Part shown: positions 17,919-25,922 of the stretch, piece after piece
Layout: each line of letters begins with the position of its first letter
Numbering within the stretch: the first letter of the stretch is position 1
IMG/VR virus record: IMGVR_UViG_2663762810_000004
Coordinates: 1-30,189 of that record
DNA: 30,189 nucleotides
Reading direction: 5' to 3' (one strand)
From: a virus
Lineage: Duplodnaviria; Heunggongvirae; Uroviricota; Caudoviricetes
Notes under the pieces: generated by a model
The model's database searches: none
The model's input: only the letters and a program-made list of their open reading frames with translations
What the model was told of the DNA's origin: nothing
Made by a program: the position numbers and the translations under genes

Positions 17919-18526
17919 ATTCAGCGGCGGAAGGGCTGCATGCGCTGTTTATGCAGATACCGGAATTCCGTCAAAAACTGAACGAAGGCTGGTACCAGGT
18001 CCGGATTTCAGGACAGGATATTGCTTCTGATGAGGTGACCGCCCGGCTGCATGAGCCTTTACTGCCGGGGGCTGTCATTCATATCGTGCCCCGGGCCGAA
18101 GGTGCAAAATCCGGCTGGGGGGGGATAATTCTGGGGGGAATTCTGGTCGCCGCTTCATTTATCCCCGGGCTGAATGCAATGGTGGCGACCGCCATGCTTT
18201 CATTTGGTATCTCAGCGACACTGGGGGGCGTGGCGCAGTTACTGACCCCGAAAGTGAATACGGCGGATGGCAATACAGCCGATAACGGTAAGCAGAGTAC
18301 ATACTTTTCCTCACTCGAAAACATGATTGCCCAGGGGAATCCGATGCCGGTACCGTACGGTGAAATTATGGTGGGGTCCCGGCGGATTTCGCAGACCCTG
18401 AGTACACGGGATGAGAGCTCGCCGGAGAAGGTGATTAATTATGGCGGACCGTTCGCCCGGTACGAGGAGCTCATGTTACAGATTGCCGGGCTGCCCATTA
18501 CGAAGCCTCGAGTTATTGTGCACTGA
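17816..18526 (+). CDS. I: Tail assembly protein I (lambda gpI-like), with a divergent C terminus
   Basis: N-terminal 200 aa match recalled lambda gpI (PGMARICLYGDLQRFGRRIDL ... DNGKQSTYFSSLENM...PVPYGE); the last 35 aa or so do not. Overlaps K as in lambda. Confidence 0.85.
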   Translation: MATPHTLNLASPGMARICLYGDLQRFGRRIDLSINSAAEGLHALFMQIPEFRQKLNEGWYQVRISGQDIASDEVTARLHEPLLPGAVIHIVPRAEGAKSGWGGIILGGILVAASFIPGLNAMVATAMLSFGISATLGGVAQLLTPKVNTADGNTADNGKQSTYFSSLENMIAQGNPMPVPYGEIMVGSRRISQTLSTRDESSPEKVINYGGPFARYEELMLQIAGLPITKPRVIVH

Positions 18527-18595
18527 CGCAGTTTCACAGCGTACCGATACTGACCGCCCTGATGGCGGTTTTGTCATTTATGGAGTGAGTAAAAC

Positions 18596-18985
18596 ATGGG
18601 TGGGAAGAACAAGAAAAAGCAGAGCACGCCGTATGAAGAGCCGGATAACCTGAAATCGGTACAGGAACTGAGCTTCATTGACGCCATCGGGGAAGGGCCG
18701 ATCGAGGGACTGGTTAAGGGGATGCAAAGTATCCTTATCAACAACACCCCCCTGGTAAATGACGATGACAGCTACAACGTACACGGTGTCACAGCAATTT
18801 ATAACGCCGGTGAACAGGAGCAGACCCCGCTGGAGGGGTTTGAAGATACCGGCGTGGAGGTCATGGTCAACGCTGAGATCAAACAGGATGCCCCCATTAC
18901 CCGGACCATTTCGGCGCGGAAGATGTTGTGCTTACAGGCACTTGGCAGGCTATGGGGTATTACCGGGAGGCCTATTATCAACTAA
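18596..18985 (+). pseudogene. J: Tail tip/host-specificity protein J, N-terminal fragment only (about 106 aa of J, then unrelated tail)
   Basis: Residues 1-106 match the lambda gpJ N terminus (DNLKS.Q...DAI.EGPIEG ... AGEQEQTP.EGFE ... PITRTI). The frame then runs into unrelated sequence and stops; lambda J is over 1100 aa. Confidence 0.8.
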
Positions 18986-19018
18986 CGCTTTTCCAGCGCA
19001 TTCGTTGAGGGGAAATCG

Positions 19019-19621
19019 ATGACAACCATAACTGATGCCCGTCACGGGCGATATAACGGGAACGGGACGATTTCGGTTCAGGTGCTGTTCAGTGACAGTG
19101 AGCGCTATCTTCCCTATACCGCGGCAGCTCATGACCCGACTGACTATGGTCAGCAGCTCTATTCAGACCTGGTCGCCGGTAAATACGGCGAAGTGACACC
19201 GTTTACCGTTACTGAGGCGATGCTGGCGTCAGCCAGACAGGCTAAGCGGGATGAAATTAACGCCTGGCGCGATGCGCAGGAAGAGAAAGAGTATCTGATG
19301 ACCTGGAACGGCAGGCGGTGGGATTATGGCAAAAAAACGCAGTCCCGGATGAGTACCTCTGTGACCATGGCATCACGAAATGTCCTGCCGGATGGCTTTG
19401 CCTGGACTGATGGTGATAACACTGTCGTGCCGGTGACAGCGGAAGAACTGCTCGCGCTGGCAGACGCCATTGAAAAGGCGATGTTTGAAAAGGGCATGCA
19501 GATTAACCAGCGTCAGTTGCAGATGAAAGCCGAAATGAATGCACTGACTGTGCTGGACGCCATCAGAAATTACAGGGTGGGCTGGAATGAATCTGTGGAG
19601 GACATAACCAGAACAGGGTAA
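19019..19621 (+). CDS. Tail-associated protein, possibly DUF4376-like (tail fibre assembly/chaperone-like)
   Basis: 200 aa ORF with good start context after the J fragment. The C-terminal helical region (KRDEINAWRDAQE ... LLALADAIEKAM) resembles the recalled DUF4376 pattern; assignment is tentative. Confidence 0.55.
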   Translation: MTTITDARHGRYNGNGTISVQVLFSDSERYLPYTAAAHDPTDYGQQLYSDLVAGKYGEVTPFTVTEAMLASARQAKRDEINAWRDAQEEKEYLMTWNGRRWDYGKKTQSRMSTSVTMASRNVLPDGFAWTDGDNTVVPVTAEELLALADAIEKAMFEKGMQINQRQLQMKAEMNALTVLDAIRNYRVGWNESVEDITRTG

Positions 19622-19635
19622 GGGCGGGAGACAGT

Positions 19636-19950
19636 ATGGGAACCAGGGTACTGGCAGTGGGAAGAGCGTGGCAGCAACTGACCGACGGTGAGGAGAATAT
19701 GATTTTTACGTTTTCTGGTGTCATCGAACTGTGTGACAGCGATATCAGGCCGGGAGAGTCTGCTCTTTCCCTGAGGTACCCCGGACAAACCATTATTATT
19801 TCCCCGCCCACAAAGGCATGGGTGAGGGCTGCGGGTTATGACAATACGGTCAGGCTGTTCATTAGTGACAGAGTAGCAGCCAGCGTCCCTGTGATTAAAA
19901 ACAGAGTGGGCCAGAAGGGGCCGGAGGCGTTATGGCAACCAGAGAAATGA
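19636..19950 (+). CDS. Small hypothetical protein, paralog 1 of a tandem pair
   Basis: 104 aa; the N terminus (TRVLAVGRAWQQLTDGE) is paralogous to the next ORF (TREMIVGREWQELTDGS), as is AAGYDNTVRL vs ASGYDGSVRV. Confidence 0.5.
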   Translation: MGTRVLAVGRAWQQLTDGEENMIFTFSGVIELCDSDIRPGESALSLRYPGQTIIISPPTKAWVRAAGYDNTVRLFISDRVAASVPVIKNRVGQKGPEALWQPEK

Positions 19951-20165
19951 TTGTGGGGCGGGAGTGGCAGGAGCTGACTGACGGCAGTCAGACCGTTTTT
20001 GTCCAGATAAACGGGGTGGCTGATGTCTGCTCCAGCGCCCGGAAACCTGACACCGCGCATCCTGCGCACAATATGAATAATGAAAAATTCACGACCACCC
20101 CCCCGGACCGGCTGTGGATCAGAGCATCAGGATATGACGGCAGTGTCCGGGTCATTGTGACATAG
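19932..20165 (+). CDS. Small hypothetical protein, paralog 2 of a tandem pair
   Basis: 77 aa; shares N- and C-terminal motifs with the preceding ORF and overlaps its 3' end. Confidence 0.5.
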   Translation: MATREMIVGREWQELTDGSQTVFVQINGVADVCSSARKPDTAHPAHNMNNEKFTTTPPDRLWIRASGYDGSVRVIVT

Positions 20166-20174
20166 GAGATTAAG

Positions 20175-22232
20175 ATGCCCATTCTTGCACCAGGATTTTT
20201 GGGAGGCTCGTCCGCCGGGAATGGCGGCGGGCCGGTCTCTTCAGTTCAGCAGCCGGAATACTTCTATGTCATCCCGGTTGCCGGTCAGTCAAACGCGATG
20301 GCCTACGGCGAAGGGCTCCCCCTTCCAGACACGCTGGATGCGCCTCACCCGCGTATTAAACAGCTGGCCCGGCGCGCCACGGTAACGCCCGGCGGCGATG
20401 CCTGCAAATACAACGACATTATTCCTCTCGATCACTGTCCGCACGATGTTCAGGACATGAGCGGGATCAGCCACCCGAGAGCGGACCTCAGTAAAGGGCA
20501 ATATGGGTGTGTCAGCCAGACGCTGCACATTGCCAGAAAACTCCTGGCCTGGATCCCCGATAACGCAGGTATTCTGATGGTGCCCTGTTGTCGCGGTGGC
20601 TCTGCCTTCACGCAGGGAGTGGACGGCACTTTCAACGTTGTCAGTGGTGCCAGCGAAACCGCAACCCGATGGGGGGCGGGAAAGCCGTTGTACCGTGACC
20701 TGCTCACCCGCACGAAAGCAGCGCTCGACAGCAACCCGAAAAATATGCTGCTGGCGGTATGCTGGATGCAGGGTGAATTTGATATGACAGGGGCGGCTTA
20801 TGCACAGCAGCCTGCGCTGTTCGACGCTATGGTCAGGCAGTTCCGTACCGACCTGGCGGATTACGCGGGGCAGTGCCCGGACTTCCGGCCTGACAGTGTG
20901 CCGTGGCTGTGCGGGGACACCACGTACTACTGGAAGCGCAACTATCCCGCCCAGTACGATGCTGTTTATGGCGCGTACAGTAAAACCAGTGTCAGCGGCG
21001 TACATTTTGTGCCGTTCATGGTCAGCGAGGATGGCACGAACACCCCTACCAACGCCCCGGCTGAGGATCCGAATGTTCCGGCTGCGGGGTATTTCGGCTC
21101 GGCATCCCGTACTTCTGCCAACTGGACCAGCTCGATCCGCAACAGTCATTTCAGTTCGTGGGCCCGGCGAAACATCATCGCAGAACGTATGGCGGCGGCC
21201 ATTCTGCTGCACGCCGGGCGACGGTCACTGCTGGCGGCCCCGGTTAGTGGAAGTGCAGCGTCTTCAACGGGCGATACAGGCAATGTGGGAACGAGTACGC
21301 TGAAATACGCCCCTGTTGTGGAGGACGCCGGTTATAACGGGCGGCGCGGGGACGGGACGCCGGAGGCCCAGGGCTGGTCAGCCAGCGGCGGTAATTTTAA
21401 CGTGGCACCACACCCGGATGGTAAAGGGGGGCATGTGCTGCAGATCCGCAGAAAAGCCAGTGAAGTCTGGAAAATGGAACGGGCAACCCGACAGGCCGCT
21501 GATTTGTTACGGTATGGTGGCGAGGTGCAGTGCAACTTCCGGCTCGTTAATACACTGACGGCAAACCAGTTTGCTTTTGGCTGCTATCTGCTGGTGAATG
21601 AATCGGATGTTCCGGCCGGAGCCTCGTTACGGCTGAAAGCCGAGGGCACCACACCGGCGCTGATGAATTTCTTCATACAGACGAATGCTACAGATTTGAA
21701 TCTGATGATGCACTGCAAACCCGACAATATCAGGCTGGGTACGTACGGTGCGTACAATCAGGACTGGCATTCGTTCAGGGTCGTTTACCATGGCGGAAAC
21801 ACAGCCCGGGCCACGCTTTATCTCGATGGTGAGTCGAAGGGCGAGTTCACGCTGGCGTACTCGCCGGGGGCTGTCGATGCAGGCATGCTGCAACTGACAA
21901 ATATCACCTCCTCACCGACCTATGGATGCAATATTAAGGATTTTACCGTCAAAATTTACCGCGACGATGCCATAGTCAGTCTGCCTGACGACGATGTGTC
22001 CAGTCTGATTTATTTTCCGGCGGGGGAGCGCGGCGGGAAAGTGGTGTTACCGGATGCGAAAATCAGCGCAGGAAACACAGTGCAGGTGGTGGTGAACAAT
22101 GCCGGTATCATCGCCATTGAACCAGCAAGCAGCAACGTACTGCTTAACAATCTGCCTTCTTCTGCAACCACTGACAGAAGTGTCACGCTGGTTCAGACCA
22201 GTCTGGACGGGAAGACCTGGGTGATTACCTGA
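20175..22232 (+). CDS. Tail-fibre-region protein with an N-terminal SGNH hydrolase/sialate-O-acetylesterase-like domain and a C-terminal lectin-like region (NanS-p-like)
   Basis: N-terminal FYVIPVAGQSNAMAYGE (GQSN motif) and CWMQGEFDM are typical of the SGNH/SASA esterase family. 685 aa; the 3' end is duplicated downstream at about 25216-25383. Confidence 0.75.
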   Translation: MPILAPGFLGGSSAGNGGGPVSSVQQPEYFYVIPVAGQSNAMAYGEGLPLPDTLDAPHPRIKQLARRATVTPGGDACKYNDIIPLDHCPHDVQDMSGISHPRADLSKGQYGCVSQTLHIARKLLAWIPDNAGILMVPCCRGGSAFTQGVDGTFNVVSGASETATRWGAGKPLYRDLLTRTKAALDSNPKNMLLAVCWMQGEFDMTGAAYAQQPALFDAMVRQFRTDLADYAGQCPDFRPDSVPWLCGDTTYYWKRNYPAQYDAVYGAYSKTSVSGVHFVPFMVSEDGTNTPTNAPAEDPNVPAAGYFGSASRTSANWTSSIRNSHFSSWARRNIIAERMAAAILLHAGRRSLLAAPVSGSAASSTGDTGNVGTSTLKYAPVVEDAGYNGRRGDGTPEAQGWSASGGNFNVAPHPDGKGGHVLQIRRKASEVWKMERATRQAADLLRYGGEVQCNFRLVNTLTANQFAFGCYLLVNESDVPAGASLRLKAEGTTPALMNFFIQTNATDLNLMMHCKPDNIRLGTYGAYNQDWHSFRVVYHGGNTARATLYLDGESKGEFTLAYSPGAVDAGMLQLTNITSSPTYGCNIKDFTVKIYRDDAIVSLPDDDVSSLIYFPAGERGGKVVLPDAKISAGNTVQVVVNNAGIIAIEPASSNVLLNNLPSSATTDRSVTLVQTSLDGKTWVIT

Positions 22233-22239
22233 AAAAAAA

Positions 22240-22271
22240 GCCGCTTCTGTAACAGGAAAGACAGAAGCGGC
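22240..22271 (-). terminator. Hairpin terminator at the 3' end of the esterase gene; the U-tract is on the minus strand
   Basis: Perfect 11 bp stem GCCGCTTCTGT/ACAGAAGCGGC preceded on the plus strand by A8 (a T-run on the minus strand). Duplicated at about 25389-25420. Confidence 0.5.
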
Positions 22272-22335
22272 CATGTAGTGCTACTTGCGTTTTTATAAGG
22301 CTATTTTCGGTAGTAAATATGCAGCGTCCTCGTTA

Positions 22336-22920
22336 CAGAGGACACGTAATGTATTTCACCAGCAGGAAACGGAAGGCAAGAGATCGAGCTCTCATTTTTA
22401 ACAGAAATTTATTAGGACAAAATATTGACAGTTATCAGTAAAAAAGGCCGCTTCTACTTTTGGGGAGGAAGCGGCCGGTGAACTACGATGATAATAATGC
22501 TTTCTGACTACATATGTCTTATCGACACAACCCAGTCCTCGGGCAGGTATATTTATTTCACCTGCAGGAAAGAGAAAACAGTGATCAGTCTCTCATTTTT
22601 GAGAAAAATCATAGAAATAAATGATTGCGGGTAAAAAAAACGCTTCACCACAGTAAAGGATGAAGCGTGAGTCAGAATAAAAGTATTCATAAATCCACGT
22701 TTGCATTACTTCCTATACATACAGAAGTAAGGTTACTTATTTCACCTGCAGGGAAAAAAAGGCAAGGATTTGGATCTCATTTTTGAAGAGAACGCCGAAA
22801 AAATAGAATGAAAGGTAAAAAAAACGCTTCAACACAGGACAGGGTGAAGCGCCAGACATAATACAAATCCAATAAACGTAATTTTACTCTTTCAGCACTT
22901 CTGCTCCATACAGAAGTGCA
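22336..22920. repeat. Three tandem ~185-200 bp units of a periodic repeat family (conserved 5' TATTTCACC-[A/T]GCAGG, central CTCATTTTTGA, A-run plus hairpin), followed by a fourth unit fused to the DUF1353-like gene
   Basis: TATTTCACC motif at 22352, 22554, 22738 and 22926; TCTCATTTTTGA about 38 bp downstream of the first three; A7-8 plus hairpin (GGCCGCTTC/GAAGCGGCC, CGCTTCA/TGAAGCG) about 90 bp downstream. Confidence 0.7.
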
Positions 22921-22952
22921 ATATGTATTTCACCATCAGGCGGAACAAGTCA

Positions 22953-23333
22953 ATGAGTAAATTCACCACCCCGGCGATACTGGAAATGCTGGGTCATTAC
23001 AAATGGCGGGTGTACGAACCCTTCGAGTTTTACCTCTCGGATGACAACAGCGATGTGATTAAGGTCCCGGCGGGGTTTGTGACCGATCTGGCAAGCGTGC
23101 CCCGGATATTCTGGACATTCCTCCCACCTGATGGGCGGTATGCCAAAGCAGCTATCATTCATGATTACATGTACGATAATGCGCTACGGACAAAGAAAGA
23201 AGCCGATCTCATTTTTCTGGACGGGATGCGGGTACTGGGTGTGCCAGAGTGGAAGCGTTCGGTGATGTACCACGCTGTACGGATGTTTGGTAAAGGGCGG
23301 TATGCGCAGAATAGAACCCTTCCAGGTGTTTAG
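22953..23333 (+). CDS. DUF1353-like small protein, copy 1. Start taken at MSKFTT (22953).
   Basis: Conserved VPAGFVTDLASVPR ... AAIIHDYMYD pattern recalled for DUF1353. Near-identical second copy at 25923-26303 and a decayed copy at 24808. Confidence 0.6.
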   Translation: MSKFTTPAILEMLGHYKWRVYEPFEFYLSDDNSDVIKVPAGFVTDLASVPRIFWTFLPPDGRYAKAAIIHDYMYDNALRTKKEADLIFLDGMRVLGVPEWKRSVMYHAVRMFGKGRYAQNRTLPGV

Positions 23334-23423
23334 TCACCAGTTCCGGAAGATCAGCTCGGCTGAGTCGGGCTTCTATCGACTGAAATAACTTCTCCATTTC
23401 GTTCTTGTACATATGAATTCCAC

Positions 23424-23460
23424 AGAAAAAATGCCACTTATCTGGCTTCCAGATAAGTGG
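23424..23460 (-). terminator. Rho-independent terminator for the minus-strand cargo gene; also present in the duplicated copy at about 26394-26430
   Basis: Perfect palindrome CCACTTATCTGG-cttc-CAGATAAGTGG preceded on the plus strand by AAAAAAT (a U-tract on the minus strand). Confidence 0.5.
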
Positions 23461-23485
23461 CCAGTCAACGGTAGAACGCTTCTAC

Positions 23486-24370
23486 TTAGCTTTTTGTGAA
23501 ACGGTAAAATAAATTGGGCTCACTGACAATATACAAATTAAATTTGTCATCGATAGTAATGCCCTCTGCTTGTTTAATATCCTTTGTTAATCCCGACCAC
23601 CCTGCATCCAGATAGAGTCGATCGGTAATACGTCCCACAGGATTAACTTCAACCACTATTTTTGATTCATCTGAAAGTATCAGTAGTGAAGATGTTAGAG
23701 GATGGTAATGCAGCCCAGATACATCCTTCAAAGACGAAGTGATAACGGTTGGAAAAATTTTAATATGCGCATCATCATTCTGGGGAAATATTCTGCTAAT
23801 GATTATTGGTATTTTTTCCTTTGCTGAATATAAATGCTGTTTCTCTTTATCCCAGGCCAGTCCTTCCAGTCCGTTGTTTTTGGGAGTGGCGTAATCATTA
23901 AACTTAATCTTCGAAATGACAGTATAACTAAAAGCATGTAAGTCTAATTTTACCATCCAGGCTGTGCTGTTTTTCTCACTTCCTATATAGAATACATCTT
24001 TACCAACCCACTCTACAGCTTCTGTATCCTCAAATTCAGGTAAGGTCATACTTCCCACTCTGTCGCCTTCCTTTGTCAGCCATATCAGTTCTGGTGGGTT
24101 ATTAACAACAGCAAACAGAAGTTTGTGTTTATCTGACCAGGTCAGGCCAGACAGATTATTCTTTACACCTTCAACAGGTTTGCCCTCTATGTCTGCCCGA
24201 TATGCGCTAAGATTAAGGCTTGTTGGGATATCTTCATATTTTTCATATAATCGATAGATATATATTATATCCTTATAGATGTACATAAAACAAACCACAA
24301 AAATAGCCACAAAAATTAAATACCTTAAATATATGCTCAATATTTCATCCAAATAATAAAGTAAAGCCAA
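23486..24370 (-). CDS. AT-rich cargo protein with N-terminal hydrophobic segment and beta-rich body (possibly YjiK/SdiA-regulated-like propeller; unconfirmed)
   Basis: 294 aa ORF in a strongly AT-rich block flanked by the two DUF1353 repeat copies and followed by a terminator. N terminus LIFVAIFVVCFMYIY is hydrophobic; the true start may be a later Met. Confidence 0.6.
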   Translation of the reverse strand: MALLYYLDEILSIYLRYLIFVAIFVVCFMYIYKDIIYIYRLYEKYEDIPTSLNLSAYRADIEGKPVEGVKNNLSGLTWSDKHKLLFAVVNNPPELIWLTKEGDRVGSMTLPEFEDTEAVEWVGKDVFYIGSEKNSTAWMVKLDLHAFSYTVISKIKFNDYATPKNNGLEGLAWDKEKQHLYSAKEKIPIIISRIFPQNDDAHIKIFPTVITSSLKDVSGLHYHPLTSSLLILSDESKIVVEVNPVGRITDRLYLDAGWSGLTKDIKQAEGITIDDKFNLYIVSEPNLFYRFTKS

Positions 24371-24529
24371 TCATGACTTTGGAGATGATATTAATGAGGG
24401 GCGTTTGTATCCAACTGTTTCTAAAAATTTTTTAATATGAGCAATCAGTGTCGAAGTAACCCTGATAGAACAGTTTTCTTGGCTAAATACCAATTAAAGG
24501 AGGAGTACATAACGAAACCTCAGCCAGGT

Positions 24530-24780
24530 AGTATTATTTACAAATCCACGTTTGCATTACTTCCGCTAGATACAACAGTAAGATTATGTATTTCACCATC
24601 AGATGGCGAAAAACAATGATCAATGTCTCATTTTTGAATCATGATTCAGTTCAGGGGGGGGATTGATGAAAAAAAACCGCTCAATCATGGGAAAGAGCGG
24701 TCTGAAATCATTACGCCTACAATATTAATATGAACGCTACTAGATCCGGCAGATAAAGATAAGCCTGCTGGAGGTGATTT
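24530..24780. repeat. One unit of the same periodic repeat family, followed by a unit fused to the DUF1353 pseudogene
   Basis: TATTTCACC at 24589 and 24781; GTCTCATTTTTGA at 24625; A8 plus hairpin CCGCTC/GAGCGG at about 24669-24700. Confidence 0.6.
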
Positions 24781-24807
24781 TATTTCACCAGTAGATGGGA
24801 TATGTCA

Positions 24808-24965
24808 ATGAGTAAATTCACCACTCCGTCGATACTGGAAATGCTGGGTAATTACAAATGGCAGGTGTACGACCCTTCGAGTTTTACCTCTCAGATGATA
24901 ATGTCAGCGCCAGTGATGTGATTAAAGGTCCCGGCGGGATTTGTGACCGCCTTGGCTGGTTATAG
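24808..24965 (+). pseudogene. DUF1353-like gene 5' fragment, frameshifted/decayed
   Basis: Starts ATGAGTAAATTCACCAC (MSKFTTPSILEMLGNYKWQVY), matching the intact copies, then loses frame and runs into the tail-fibre remnant. Confidence 0.6.
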
Positions 24966-25383
24966 GGGGACAGAGCCCTGGTTTCAGAGTTGACAGTTTG
25001 CCGTGGTTGTGCCGAGGAGCACAACGTACTAATCATTGCAAAACGCATGTCTGGCGATGCAGGTATGCTGCAGCTGGCAAATACCACCTCGTAATCGACC
25101 TGTAGATGCAATATTAAGGATTTCAGAGTCAAAATTTACCGGGATGTGTAGTGATCAGTCGTTTTTTTCTGTGGGAAGCTGCCGCGGGAAATCAGTACTG
25201 CTGGATACAGAAACCAGCGTGGGGAATACGGTACAGGTGGTGGCGAACAATGCCGGTATCATCGCCATTGAACCAGCAAGCAGCAACGTACTGCTTAACA
25301 ATCTGCCTTCTTCTACAACCACTGACAGAAGTGTCACGCTGGTTCAGACCAGTCTGGACGGGAAGACCTGGGTGATTACCTGA
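24966..25383 (+). pseudogene. Decayed remnant of the esterase tail-fibre gene 3' end (internally deleted, with in-frame stops)
   Basis: Nucleotide similarity to 20885-20930 and 21880-22232 of the intact gene, with stops. The last 160 bp or so (VGNTVQVVANNAGIIAIEPASSNVLLNNLPSS...TWVIT) are near-identical to 22075-22232, as is the downstream hairpin. Confidence 0.6.
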
Positions 25384-25494
25384 AAAAAAAGCCGCTTCTG
25401 TAACAGGAAAGACAGAAGCGGCTAGGTAGTGCTACTTGCGTTTTTATAAAGATTATTTCAACAATGAAAAGTACAACCTGTTATATGCATCGCT

Positions 25495-25890
25495 CTCATC
25501 CCTGAAGGCATACAATGTATTTCACCTGCAGGAAAGGTAAGGCAAGGATCAAGCTCTCATTTTTGAGAAAAATCATAGAACCAAATGAATTTAGGGTAAA
25601 AAAACGCTTCGCCACAAGACAGGATGAAGAGTCAGTCAGAAAACAAGCATAATGAATGCAATCCTACTCATTCCGTACTGTTACTCCACATAGAGGTACA
25701 GTATGTGTTTCATCATCAGTCTGTGAATATCGTGGGTCAAGGAAAGATCAGTATCTCATTTCAGAGCATGAGATGCGTTGGAACAGATAAAAATATAAAA
25801 AAGACCGCTCAATCATGGGAGAGAGCGGTGGAAGAAATTTTGACAATATGACCTACAACCAGCAGGAAAAGAAGAAACCTGCTGGTGTAG
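25495..25890. repeat. Two units of the periodic repeat family, followed by a unit fused to DUF1353 copy 2
   Basis: Motif at 25518 (TATTTCACC), a variant at about 25703 (TGTGTTTCATC) and 25896; CTCTCATTTTTGA at 25555; hairpins at about 25598-25625 and 25795-25827. Confidence 0.6.
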
Positions 25891-25922
25891 AGATTTATTT
25901 CACCAGCAGACGGAATAAGTCA

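Noticed and set aside
20289-21212. 307 aa ORF on the minus strand inside the esterase gene
   Set aside because: It is antisense to a well-supported, motif-bearing gene in a GC-rich region where long spurious antisense ORFs are common; it has no start context or recognisable motifs.
23209-23412. 67 aa minus-strand ORF overlapping the DUF1353-like gene 3' end (and its twin at 26179-26439)
   Set aside because: Its conservation between the two copies is a by-product of the near-identical DNA repeat, not independent evidence; it overlaps a better-supported gene and the terminator palindrome.
22075-25383. Diversity-generating retroelement (variable repeat/template repeat pair) at the tail-fibre gene 3' end
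   Set aside because: The duplicated 160 bp is there, but no reverse transcriptase gene is present in the window and the few differences between the copies are scattered transitions, not adenine-specific substitutions. The second copy is part of a decayed pseudogene.
22336-25890. CRISPR array
   Set aside because: The units are about 190 bp with only short conserved motifs and variable spacing or content; there are no short identical direct repeats of 28-37 bp with unique spacers, and no cas genes.
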